A stretch of 64,000 bases of DNA from Octopus vulgaris (lineage: Eukaryota), in contig OX597820.1 in NCBI GenBank assembly GCA_951406725.2, forward strand, positions 81,592,001-81,656,000, in the 5' to 3' direction. Each line of letters starts with the position of its first letter. Position 1 is the stretch's first letter. Positions 40,426 to 52,840 of this stretch are shown one piece after another. A model generated the notes under the pieces. That model was not told where the DNA came from. It did no database searches and saw nothing but the letters and a program-made list of their open reading frames with translations. A program made the position numbers and the translations under genes.

Positions 40426-41185
40426 TTCAACTTTACTTTTCCTTTCGGGGTCTTTAGAATAAATGCAACCGACTTACCCCTATTTACCGTATTTAGAATT
40501 GCTGGTCTTCTGCCATGGAACAATTATTGTTCTGGAGAATTTGAAGAACCGTTACCACGCTGGTTTAAAATGCTTTTTACATTTTTACATTCTTAACTAA
40601 AATTTCACCGAGGTCGATTTTGCTATTCATCTTTTTGAGGTCGATAAAATAAGTACCAGTTGAATACTTGAATCGATGAAATTGACTCACCTCCTCCACT
40701 GAAACTGGTGGCTTTGAACCAAAATTTGAAATCATTATCATCATCATCATCATTATTGTGGTGATGGTAATGGATCTGGTCCTGACAGTAATGCGCGAGC
40801 GGTACTTTCGTGGTGACAATGAATCATACGAACACATACACACAAACAAACAAGCAACCACATATATGCAAAGTACGCAACGTTGTGGTACGGGTACCAG
40901 TTGGTGTTGCTTTAGTCCATCAACAAATTTACAAAGAACACTATCGTTCATACAGTGGTTTCTTTGAACTTACAGCAGGTCCTACGCAGAATTCGCTAAT
41001 GGCTGGGCGTTGTAATGTAATGTAAGTAAACCAATACCAGTTATATATACACACTGCTATATATTTGCATGCGGTGGCAAGAATGCACTGAAGAGTCTAG
41101 TACTGTAAATATGCGAATATACGTGTACGTGTATATTTTTATGTGTCCATATGATTTATTGTCGTCATTAGAGTAACACCCGCAC

Positions 41186-41235
<50 letters not shown>

Positions 41236-41277
41236 CATATACATACACACATACATACACACATACATATATATATA

Positions 41278-41327
<50 letters not shown>

Positions 41328-42059
41328 CATATATATATATATAAGTATGGATGTATATAATCTTATATATACATTTAATGTATATACACCGTTGAATTTC
41401 CAGTCACTGTGATATTCGTACTGCGATAACATCTCTTGTGGCTATTTTAATTTAATAGTGCCTCAAATCGTATTTGTTTGTATGTGTGTATACATACACA
41501 TTCACACGAACATACACACACATATATGCAAATAGATGTATGTACTGTATAATACAAATATGCATAATATGTCTTTATTACGTAATTAGATGAGTTCGTT
41601 CATACGTATTATTTGACACACAGGCTACTAGACAATGACCACGGTATTGAATGGAAATGGGTGGTTATATGCGTGTGAGTTTTTCTTTATGTTCAGCGCG
41701 TGGGTGGTGTCTTTACGTCTCTATGTGTACATAAATGTGAACGAGTCTGCTTGTCTGTGTGTGTAAGTGTGTCTGTACACGCGTATGTATATGTGCGCAT
41801 GGGCCTTTTGTCTATGGTCGTGCGTATTAATATCAATTGGAACCAGTGGAGACATGGCCTAGTTGTCAACTGACTTTTGTTTCAAATTTTTTCTTACTAT
41901 TTTGTTATTTCTCTACTGGTAACTGCTTTTAGTTCTATATTTATTAATATGTGTATTTATTTATCCCATTATATATGTATGCATGTATATATATATATAT
42001 ATAGCCTGTCGTATATATGTATGTATATATATATTTATGTGTGTATGTGTGTGTATGTT

Positions 42060-42265
42060 TGTGTGTCTGTGTTTGTCCCCTTAGCATTGCTTGACAACCG
42101 ATGCTGGTGTGTTTACGTCCCCGTCACTTAGCGGTTCGGCAAAAGAGACCGATAGAATAAGTACTGGGCTTACAAAGAATAAGTCCCGGGGTCGATTTGC
42201 TCGACTAAAGGCGGTGCTCCAGCATGGCCGCAGTCAAATGACTGAAACAAGTAAAAGAGTAAAAT
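42060..42265 (+). mobile_element. SINE family A, 3' half
   Basis: Nearly identical (reverse complement) to 49560-49760. Confidence 0.9.
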
Positions 42266-42325
42266 GAGTAATATATGTATATATATATATATATGTATAT
42301 ATATGTATATGTATATGTATATGTA

Positions 42326-42386
<61 letters not shown>

Positions 42387-42837
42387 ATATATATAAATAT
42401 GTATATATATATATATTTTTTTTCGCTTGTTTCAGCTCAGAGCTGCGGCCATGCTGATGCACCGCCGTTTTGTGCTACACTGTTATTACGAACAACCTTC
42501 TCTAATAAGTGGTACTTGGTGAAGAATGGAGTTTGACATAGCTACTCTCAATTGCACCCCTTGCCGTGAGGTAGGTTCATCTGGGACTCTCGACAGGAAG
42601 ATGTCCAGCTTTGATTTAAAAACTGCTACATCTACTTTGTGCAGACTACCTCAGACTCTTTAGGAGAATATTAAAAAGCTGTGGGCCCTTGAAACCCAGG
42701 GTGTTGCAGAAGCTGGTCCTGAAGCGTGATGACATTGCTGGGATCTTTGGCACTATGCAGTGTCGTCCCGTTCTAGCATTGGTGTAGCTTACAATGCCAA
42801 CATTTGGCACAATTCCTTCCAGGATCTTCCAGACATA

Positions 42838-44144
42838 CGAGGGGCGTTCAATAAGTAATGCCCCTGACCCACTTCCCATAGCAGTAGAGCAACGAAACTT
42901 GGCACAGTTATTAGTCTTTTTCTATATAGGAACTACCCAGAGTTAGGCATTTCTCCCATTCTTTGATGCAGCTCTGGAGACCGTTTTTATAGAAGACTCC
43001 AGCTTGGTCCTCCAACCTGAACGCGACTTCAGAAATCAAGGCTGCATCATCTGGGAAACGCTTTCCTTTCAAAAACAACTTCATGACTGGGAAGAGGTGA
43101 AAATCAGAGGGTGCAAGGTTAGGAAAGTAGGGGGATGGGGGAGGAGTTCATAGCCATACGCCTGTGCTTCTGATCTGGCGACAAGCGAGTTGTGGACCGG
43201 AGCGTTGTCCTGCAGGAGGAGGATGCCTTTGCTGATCTTGCCCCGCCTCTTGATTTTGATAACTTCTCTTAATTTCCTCAAAAGTGAAGCATAATAGGCT
43301 CCTGCAATTGTGGTACCCTTTGCCAGGAAATCTGTCATCACTACTCCGTCCTGGTCCCAGAAGACTGTGAGCATGACCTTGCCAGCGGAGGGTTGTACCC
43401 TTGCCTTCTTTGGAGGGGGTGAGTCACGGTGCTTCCACTGCATTGACTGGGCTTTGGTCTCTGGATCATCGTGATGGACCCAGGTTTCATCCTGTGTAAT
43501 CAGTCTTTTAAAAAAGTTTGACTCATCTTCTTGGCACATCTCCAAATTCACCCTCGAGCACTCGACGCGTTCTTGCTTCTGGAAAGGCGTGAGCAACCTG
43601 GGAATCCATCTGGCAGATACCTTTTGCATATGCAAATGGTCATGAATGATAGTTTCCACAGACCCGGTACTAATCTTGACCTCATGGGCTATTTGGCGAA
43701 TAGTTATGCGTCGATCTTCCAAAATGGCAGCCTCAACTTGACGGACAGATGCCTCATCAATGGCAGAAGGGGGCGACCAGATCTGGGAGCTGTTTCCACA
43801 GAGTTCCGACCATGTTTGAATTCACGATGCCAGCGTTTTACAAGGTCATATGATGGGGCATCATCACCATAAGTTACTTTCATTTCATCAAAAGTTTCCC
43901 GTGGTGTGCATCCTTTCAAAAACAAAATCCGGATCACTGCTCGACACTCAACAGGCTCCATTTAACACTTGACTCGGTTCAAACACCTGTAAATCAGAAA
44001 CCACAATTAATTCAGTGCTGTAATTTGCCACTTACTCTATAGAGTAATTTGCCACTTACTCTATAAATGATTGCACATGCAAAATTTCAGCTAGATCAAA
44101 CAACTACAAGTGGGTCAGAGGCATTACTTATTGAACGTCCCTCG
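42838..44144 (-). mobile_element. Complete mariner transposon (1307 bp) with TIRs and TA duplication
   Basis: CGAGGGGCGTTCAATAAGTAATGCCCCTGACCCACTT at the left end and its near-perfect inverse at the right; TA at 42836-42837 and 44145-44146. Confidence 0.95.
42911..43961 (-). pseudogene. Mariner (DD34D-type) transposase with two frameshifts
   Basis: 'RSGRP', 'SARWIPRLL', 'TQDETWVHH', 'LQDNAPVH', then in a shifted frame 'YFPNLAPSDFHLF...YIEKD*'. Confidence 0.92.
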
Positions 44145-46429
44145 TATATTACTGCATACCTCTCCCGTCTTCTCTCCAGGGAGTAGAGTCTTAGCTGTTT
44201 CAACCTTTCCCAGTAGCTGAGCTTTTGCAAAGAGACGATCATCATTGTGAATCTTCTCTGGATTGATTCAAGGTCCGCTGTTAATTTTACACTGGTGGGT
44301 AACCATAGCTGTGAGCAGTAATCCAGGCGGCTGAGGACGAATGTCCGCCAGAGGACCATCATGATTTCCTTATCTCTGGTTCTGAATGTTCTTAGGATCC
44401 ATCCAGCCAGTCGTCTGCACTTTGTCGCTATCCTGGTAATGTGCACTTGGAAAGAGGTATCATCACTCATGTCGATACCCAGGTCCCTCACAGACTTAGG
44501 CTCTGGGATTGAAATTTCCTGTGGACCGGTGTATCCTGTAAGTTTAATATTCAGTTTTGGATGCTGGTAGCGCAGGGCATGGAACTTTTCAGCATTAAAC
44601 TGCATATTTTTATCCTCAGCCCATCTGTAGATTGAGTCCAACTCCTGCTGCAGGTGTGCAACATCGCTGGGGTTCTGTATTTTCTGCGAGACTTCCGTAT
44701 CGTCTGTATAGCTTGCCAGAGTGGCTATCCGGGCATTTGAGGGCATATCTGAGAGGGCCACTATAAAAAGCAGTGGTCCCAAGACAGTGCCCTGTGGAAC
44801 ACCACTACTGCCTGACTCCTATCTTTCAGGAAGTCATGTAACCACACTCCAAGTTTTCCAGCTATGCTGAGATCACGCAGTTTGTGGCATATCATACCAT
44901 GATCCACCTTGTCAAAAGCTTTTGCAAAATCAAAGTAGATTACGTCCACATTTGATTTGTTGAGTAACTGCCTCAACACCCAGTCATAATGTTGTAAGAG
45001 CTGGGTTAGGCAGCTCCTACCTGGTCGAAAACCATGCTGGGTATCACTCAGCAAGTTATTTTCCTCAAGGAATGCAATTAGTTTCTTTCTGACTATCCGT
45101 TCCATGACTTTGCTGATAGGCCTATAGTTTTTGGCATCTGCTCTACTTCCCCCTTTATGTATTGGGCATATTATTCCCTCCTTCAGCTTGCTTGGTAGTT
45201 TGCCATTTGTAAGAAAGCTCTGGAAGAGAATCTTGAGGGGTTTTGCCAGGGCATGCTTACACGCTTTGAGGAGGATTGCTGGGAAACCATCTGGACCAGC
45301 AGTTGAGTTTGTGTTCACTTCATCTATGGCTAGTAGGACATCTTCGCTAATGTCAATACATTCTATTGTAACCGCCTCGCTGGTTATAGGTGAGGCGGCA
45401 AAGAAGTTCACTGGTTCGTTCATTTGTCTGTGCTCCAACGGGGTGGTATAGACACTTTTGAACTGGATATTCAGCATCTCACTGATCTTAGTTGGATTGT
45501 CTGTGAGGGATCCATCCTTTTGGAGGAGGGGTCCTATCTTGTAGTGCACTGAGACTGTTTCTTTCGCGTTATGAAAGAAGGCCTTTGGGTTTGATTTAAT
45601 GTTTTTTATAACCCAGGCTTCTTTGTCTGCTTTCTCCTTCACATAGGATTGTTGCAGCCTTTTTTCGATCTCCATCAGTGTTGTTTTTAGGCGGGACGTT
45701 TCGCTACTTTTGGGATGTTGGTTGAGACGATTTGCAACCTTCGTCAGTCGTCTAACGAGGATCTTCCTGTCTCTTGGAATCTCGCTCCTATTTGTTTTGG
45801 CCTTGTGCTCTGGGACATATTTCTGGCATACGGCTTGCACAGAAGACATGAAACATTCTAGTTTCATGCGAATGTCTGGTGTGGAGAGACATTCCGGCCA
45901 GTCCTCTCTGAGTATCTCTTTTTGGATCGATTTCCAATCTGCTTTGTGGAAGTTCAGATTGGAGAGATTTCGGATATATTTCAAAGAAATTCAAACAACA
46001 GATATAAGACTCAAGTTAAAACGATTGTCAACAATTCAACTTCTCTGGTTGACATTAAGATGCCCACCTCCAACAGGGGCCTTAACTCTCACATTTTAGA
46101 GCTCCACGACCTTCATTTTTCAGGAGCAATATCTTTTTAACAGGTTCAATAAGACTGGAATTTTGGAATATGCACATAAAAATCAGTAGTATGGGATATA
46201 TGTGGCACGATTACAAATTTTTGGGCGGTGTGTAAAGAGGGAAATAACCCTGATCGGCAATTTTGATGAAATTCGAAACAGATATTCCAGTTCATTAGAG
46301 AAAATATAACAGAAAAGTCTAATTCTTCAATTGTACGTAACACGGGCAACGTCAGCTATCTCTGCTAATATATATATATATATACACTTACACAGGCACA
46401 CAGACACAGATACACACACGCTTATATAT

Positions 46430-46499
<70 letters not shown>

Positions 46500-46574
46500 A
46501 TATACACATACATATACAAATAAGAGGCCAAAGTGTGCGTACGCCGTTATATTTTATATATAAAAAATACAAAA

Positions 46575-46920
46575 ATGGAACAAGAACGTAAATAGACTGA
46601 CGATACAAAGAAAACAAGAACGGGTCATTCGGAGTTTTCTATTCTCAGTCGCGTTCAAGATTATTTTTGCAATTTTGGCTGGTTATACTCGAGATTGCTC
46701 CAATCTGGCTAATCCCAAGGAAAAACTAAGCTAAGAGCATTAGATTCCTTGGAAGAAAGCAGCGAATGTATACGAAAACAAGGGCGGTAAAAAAAACAGA
46801 GAAATGTTACACAAATACAAATGTAATTAACAGGACATAGCAACAGGTGCCTTTCGACTAAGGACGAATTAAATTAAGCTGGCGTGTGTAGAAGTAAAGC
46901 CTTACGGTAGGGATATATGA
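46575..46920. repeat. Interspersed repeat family shared with 56680-57000
   Basis: Shared blocks ACAAGAACGT, GAGATTGCTCCAATCTGG and GCATTAGATTCCTTGGAAGAAA. Confidence 0.7.
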
Positions 46921-47190
46921 TTTAACAGGCACAGGGAAGAGTATAGATGTGGCACGGATGATAGCCGAACCAAGAAAGAAAGATTAGGCCTGGCCGAACA
47001 CCCTTGACGTGGGGAGAGAAGAGAGAGAAGTAGAGGCAGAGAGATAGAAGAATTAAGGAGAGGAGAGAAAAATGAAAGGGAGAAATTGAAGTGAAAGAGG
47101 AGCGAAAATGAGCATGAAGAGAAGGCCAGGAAATGTGAGAGAGACATACATATATACATACATACATGCATACATACATACATAGATACA

Positions 47191-47257
<67 letters not shown>

Positions 47258-48956
47258 TATTTAAATGAATACAATATGTTTTTATGTGCTACTATATGTT
47301 TCATGTGCTGAGACCATGCCTGACAATATTTTTAAACACGCCTGGTGTCGTGGCACAATCATCAGGCACTGCCCGCGTGGTATAACGAACTTAAAATGCT
47401 ACGAGAGAATGAGAGAAAAAACGGGAAAAAGCATAAAAGGTAGAAGGTTGAAAAACTGCCAAACGTGCATGGAAACAGAAAGATGCAAAAGTTGGGTTTA
47501 GAGTTATTTCCCCTTAGACCGTAAAATATAAGGCTGAAAAAATACTGGCTTAGAGTCTATAGAGACCGGAGAGGGTGACGCTTTTCAATTCCCGAAAAGG
47601 AATTTAGCCATACGTTTACAACCGATGGAAATTTTGGATCTAGAATTATTAGTGTGTTAGAGTTCTTAGATCTGAAAAGAATCTGAGTTCTTTTAGCTAC
47701 GCATAGCGTACAATTTTTGAGGGTCTCTTTATATTAAACACATTGAGATCTAAGATCACCCACGTAGGTCTATACCGAGACGACAGATCGAGTATTTCCC
47801 ATGGCTGTGATAAATTTAGATAACAACCCTAGATAAATTTAGGTAACAACTTACTTCCATCTTCAGTCAATTAGGCCTTAAAATCACAGTCGCTACTAAT
47901 CTGTCTAAAGTTGATTTTTGTAGATATTTCTCTAGACCTGAACTCCTCCTCCTATTAACCTTACCATAAACCCAACGAGAAAATTTCCTACATATATAAA
48001 CAGTGTTGACACCCCCACTGTAGTATTTAAAAACCTAATAGCTAACATTAATAACTGAATTTCTAACCTCTCTTCTTCTAAAGAAATTTTCGAGAAGGCA
48101 TCTCTCTGCTACAACAATGGCCATACCAATGGTGGCTTTAAGGATGAATTAATGCATAACCTCTCTAAAATTAATCGGAATAATGATAGACCTAAATAAA
48201 GAATATAATTTGGTTCCCCCACTTTTTCCCTTAACGTAAAAACTAACACAGGTAAAAGATTCTAGTCTCTCCTTGACAAACATTTTCCAGAAAATCTCAG
48301 GAAAAGGAAAATATTTAACAGCCGCTCAGTAAAATTATCATATAGCTGCTGCCCCAAAATGAAAAGTATTATTACACGAGAGCAACACCAAGAGCCCGCT
48401 TCCAGTTGTAACTGTCGAGACCCAGGAACCTGTCTACTCGATGTATGATTAAATCCGTCATATATGAGGCAGACGTTACCGCAACACTAGATGATAACAC
48501 AACCGATAAGAAAAGCTATAACGGATTATGTGAAGGTGAATTAAAAAACCGCCATGCTAATTACATATCCTCCTTCCAACAGAGGGACAAAAAAAAAACT
48601 ACTAAGTTGGCTAGCCACGTATAAGTTTTGAAGTCAAACGCTACACCACATTCAGTAGAGTGGAAAATAGTAGAAAAATCTATACCATAAGGGGATATAA
48701 CTATAATTTTCCCCTTTTGCTTCTTTCTGTTTTCTCGTTCGTTTTCCGGTTTTCACTCTTCCACCTTTTATATCTCCTTTTTTCTCGCCTTTTCTTGCTT
48801 TTTTCCTATCCTATCGTCAACGTTTAGTTCGTTATGTCATGTGGACAGTGACTGATGATCGTGCTAGGGCACTAGATGTGTTTTAAAATACTGTCTAGCA
48901 TGCTCTCAGCGCATGAAACTAATAGAAGCACATAAAAAACATATGTTCTTTAAATA
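47258..48956 (+). mobile_element. Penelope-like (Naiad-type) element: inverted terminal repeat, RT thumb and GIY-YIG relic, terminal repeat
   Basis: 'LGLKITVATNLSKVDF', 'PYHKPN', 'NVKTNTGKRF..LDKHFP', 'VKLSYSC', 'CNCRDPGTC', 'SVIYEA', 'YNGLCEG', 'VEWKIVEK'; 47258-47497 is an inverted homologue of 48711-48956. Confidence 0.85.
47286..47369 (-). ncRNA. Type I hammerhead ribozyme with long stem II insert
   Basis: GTGC-CTGATGA-T-TGTGC..GCACA-T-GAAA-C-ATATA-GTA-GCAC; decayed counterpart on + at 48848-48931. Confidence 0.75.
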
Positions 48957-49037
48957 ATGTAGTTATCTCTCACCAGATGGAGTGCATTTTTTGTTGATCT
49001 TACCATGATGGAACTGTAAACTATATATATAGTATAT

Positions 49038-49485
49038 ATATTCGTATGGCGATAACTATTAATATCCAGTAACGCTGCCGTAATCTCCTTTAGAGAGACT
49101 TAGTAATTTTAATATATCTATTATTGAAAACAAGTGGATGTATTCCACTGAGACTAGGTAAATAAAGCCTTCGACCTGGGACGATCAGTAGCGACACCTG
49201 CAAGTCTGACTATGCTGCATTGATAAGGGGCAACAACCCTGAAACGTCGTCTGTAGCTGTCTGACTGGCAGGATGAAGCGGCTGACCTCCCTTGTTCGAA
49301 GGTTTTTTAATGGACGCAGGTTCGTGTGTCAAATAGCTAGCTTGAGACGGTGGCCTCATGGAGCTAACCAGCGACAGCTTTAGTCTTATATTTATAAAAC
49401 TGCCATATTAGTATGGCGATAACTATTAATTTCCAGTAACGCTGCCGAAATCTCCTTTAGAGAGACTTAGTAATTTTAATATTTC

Positions 49486-49490
<5 letters not shown>
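49038..49490 (+). mobile_element. Retrozyme-like unit: 367-bp period with 86-bp terminal redundancy, in (TA)n
   Basis: 49038-49123 repeated at 49405-49490; HHR inside; no ORF. Confidence 0.75.
49214..49257 (+). ncRNA. Type I hammerhead ribozyme with U3-A8 core
   Basis: GCTGCA-TTGATAA-GGGG-CAACAA-CCCT-GAAA-C-GTC-GTC-TGTAGC. Confidence 0.72.
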
Positions 49491-49547
<57 letters not shown>

Positions 49548-49549
<2 letters not shown>

Positions 49550-49961
49550 ACTCTTACTCTTTACTCTTTTACTTGTTTCAGTCATTTGACTGCGGCCATG
49601 CTGGAGCACCGCCTTTAGTCGAGCAAATCGACCCCGGGACTTATTCATTGTAAGCCCAGTCCTTATTCTATCGGTCCCTTTTGCCGAACCGCTAAGTGAC
49701 GGGGACGTAAACACACCAGCTTCGGTTGTCAAGCAATGCTAGGGGGACAAACACAGACACACAAACACACACATACATATATATACATATACATATATAC
49801 GACAGGCTTCTTTCAGTTTCCGTCTACCAAATCCACTCACAAGGCATTGGTCGGCCCGGGGCTATAGCAGAAGACACTTGCCCAAGATGCCACGCAGTGG
49901 ACTGAACCCGGAACCATGTGGTTGGTTAGCAAGCTACTTACCACACAGCCACTCCTGCGCC

Positions 49962-49962
<1 letters not shown>
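49548..49962 (-). mobile_element. SINE family A, full length and well preserved
   Basis: Head, internal microsatellite and tail all intact. Confidence 0.92.
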
Positions 49963-50006
<44 letters not shown>

Positions 50007-50070
50007 TATATATATGTATGTATGTATGTATGTACGTATGTATGTATGTGTACGTGTACGTGTACTTGTG

Positions 50071-50930
50071 TAGGCGCCAGTGTGGCTGTGTGGTAAGAAG
50101 TTTGCTTCCCAACCACATGGTTCTGGGTTCAATCCGACTAAGCAGCATTTTGGGCAAGTGTATTCTATTATAGGCTTGGGCTGTCCAAAGCCTTGTGAGT
50201 GGATTTCGTAGACAGTGTGTGGGTGCGCTTCTGTGTCTTAATGCCTGTGTTTGTCCTCTGCTCCACCGCTTGACAACTGTTGTCTTCTTCTTCTTCTTCT
50301 TCTTCTTCTTCTTCTTCTTCTTCTTCTTCTTCTTCTTCTTCTTCTTCTTCTTCTTCTTCTTCTTCTTCTTCTTCTTCTTCTTCTTCTTCTTCTTCTTCTT
50401 CTTCTTCTTCCAATCAGGACTCACACCATTAGCCATAAAAAATAATCTCTAATTCGAGCTTAGTCAAAGCTACCAAGAATGTGTGTGGCAACTTGAAGAT
50501 CCACCGACCACACGCGATAGACTGGCGGTTGCACGGGCGCGAAAGCTACGTTGTTATCCTCATTCCGTAAACGGTGTCTTTTAATGGGTGGAGAACTGAA
50601 CCATCCTGGGGTACAGAGGATTCACAATCTAGACTAGAGTTTGAAAGTTTACCACACCATAGCGGGTTACACCATGGTTCCTCTGCTTTGTGGCAGAAGT
50701 AGGAAGAAAGAGTGAGAGAAAGTTGTAGTGAAAGAGTACAGCGGGGTTCACACACCCCTCCCGCCGGAGCCTCGTGGAGCTCATGTGTTTTTGCTCGATC
50801 TGGGAATCGAAACTGCGCTCTTACGAGCGCGAGTGCGCTGCCATAACCGCTGGACCATTGCGCCTCCACTGACAACTGTTGTTGGTCCCCGTAATTTAGC
50901 AGTTTGACAAAGAAAACATGGCCATGCATG
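50071..50930 (+). mobile_element. SINE family A copy split by a family-D variant insertion
   Basis: 5' part 50071-50283, continuation 50883-50930. Confidence 0.7.
50284..50869 (-). mobile_element. SINE family D variant with a different 3' body, (GAA)n tail and 13-bp TSD
   Basis: TGACAACTGTTGT at 50271-50283 and 50870-50882; head matches 63690-63876. Confidence 0.82.
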
Positions 50931-51769
50931 GTGTAACATGGTCGTAAAGATTATCTGGCATCCATTTTTCAGCTTGTGAGAAGGTGCTAAGTCGTGTTGA
51001 ACCATGTATTGCTTTCCACAGCTAATTTAATAATTGTCTCCAGCATCTCAACGTTCCCAGCAGCATTGATTCTAAGACCCTGTAGAAAGACCTGAGGTGA
51101 TATGAGATGACCTTCGTTATTCACCACTTCAAAAACCATCGCAGTTGCTGGAAAATTAGTGAGCCCTCTCCAGAGACTTCAGAAGATCTGCAAATAGCCA
51201 TCTGTTCTCCAGTTACACTTTTGGTCTTGGCCGAAATATTTTTCATAATAGAACTGCATCCCGTGTTCGTGAGGAATTTAACAATCTTAGTTTGTGCTTG
51301 GTATGGATCAGTAAGTATTCCTGTAACTTTCCAACTGGTGTCGAATGTTCTTGCGTACCACGATTTTGATAGTCCACTTTGACGCCTGAATTTCTTTGGT
51401 GTCGAAGACATTAATTTTTCGAGATCATCATTAATAATGTTTAGATTGAAATGCGGTGTTCTTATAGTGTCCAAACGTTTAGAATTTCTTTTTCTCCCTG
51501 GTACAGTCGAAACATTTCCACGAAAGGCTTCAAATTCAATCTGAACTTTGAGTACAAATGATCTCACAGCATTTAGAAAGTCGGCAATGACTAAGTCGCT
51601 GTTTTCCGCCCATATGGCCACAATGACTGCATGCCATTTCAATTTTTGTGTTTTATCTGCCGTGGCATTTTTTCTGCCGTAGATAAACTGAAAGAATTTA
51701 AAAACAAAATTGTTTGAAGAGAGTAATATACTGGTAATTAAGTATATTCAAATATCTCTCGCACCCAGT
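50931..51769 (-). mobile_element. maT/DD37D-like Tc1-mariner superfamily transposase relic
   Basis: 'YDEKYFGQDQK', 'TNFPATAMVFEVVNNEGH', 'QGLRINA', 'QHDLAPSHK' across broken frames. Confidence 0.75.
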
Positions 51770-52091
51770 GCTATATGTTCTTCAGCAGAAGCAAAGTCGA
51801 TTTAATTTGTACAAAAGGTTGTTTCATCTACGAACCAATTTAATGACAAAAGGCTCTTTGATGCCAATAATAATTATCAAACTCCTGCCTGTAATTATAT
51901 GGATTCCTATCACTCTCCTCTGGCAATCGCTTCAGCAGAGTGATATTTTACAAATGTAGACTGACAACATTTTTTTGCTAAAATAGAACACTACACCTAA
52001 TTGCCGGAAAATAAATTTAAAAGGTACTTACATATGCTTATGAATATACTGAACTACCTGGATAAAAGGTTTCAATTGTGAAAAACCCGTA

Positions 52092-52240
52092 TAGGTGCAG
52101 GAGTGGTTATGTGGTAAAATAGCTTGCTTACCAATGCATGATTCCGGCTTCAGTCCGACTGCGTGGCACCTTGGACAAGTGACATATTATAGCCTCAGGC
52201 CGACCAAACCCTTGTCAGTGGATTTGGGAAGAAGCCCGTC
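52092..52240 (+). mobile_element. SINE family A, 5' half
   Basis: GGTGCAGGAGTGG..GCGTGGCACCTTGG..GAAGCCCGTCG. Confidence 0.8.
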
Positions 52241-52633
52241 GTATATATATATATATATATATACGAATATAGCGCCGATGACGGAATTCAAACTGATTTC
52301 CATGTTTGCGATCCAGAAACATATGTCCGCTATTAACGGTAAGTGATTGAATTCGTATATTTGCCACTCCGGTTTTTGTGTATGTGAGCCGTAAGGGCCT
52401 TCGTTTTTGGATTCTCCACTTATAGAAATTGGAAAAACGGTCTTTGACTGCCATTTCTAATTCCTTCGGTATGAGGTGAAACAGCCTGCTGTTAACCTTC
52501 TTATTTTTTCTTTACTATATACTGAACCTTACAAAGGTCTTGACAATTAATTTGTCGTATTTACATACCGAAATTTACCGGTAAATAATTGTTGGTTACA
52601 TGATAAACCACAGGAAAATTATTTACCATTTTT

Positions 52634-52726
<93 letters not shown>

Positions 52727-52840
52727 ACTCTTTTACTCTTTTTCTTGTTTCAGTCATTTGACTGTGGCCATGCGTGAGCACCTCCTTTAATCGAGCAAAT
52801 CGACCCCAGGACTTATTCTTTCGAAGCCTAGTACTTATTC
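52727..52840 (-). mobile_element. SINE family A, 3' tail
   Basis: Matches 49560-49670. Confidence 0.8.

Larger units (their letters stand above)
42420..45975 (-). mobile_element. CR1-group LINE, 5'-truncated ORF2 (RT) and 3' end, split by a mariner
   Basis: ORFs 44761-45984 and 44096-44782: 'AGPDGFP', 'NYRPIS', 'QHGFRPGRSC', 'DFAKAFDKVDH', 'YTDDT', 'SRLDYCSQLW'; the frame resumes as 'VWKILEG' left of 42836. Confidence 0.92.

Noticed and set aside
48007-48009. In-frame TGA before 'HP' in the Naiad-type RT thumb as selenocysteine
   Set aside because: The copy has many other stops and frameshifts, including one immediately adjacent; one decayed copy cannot support recoding.
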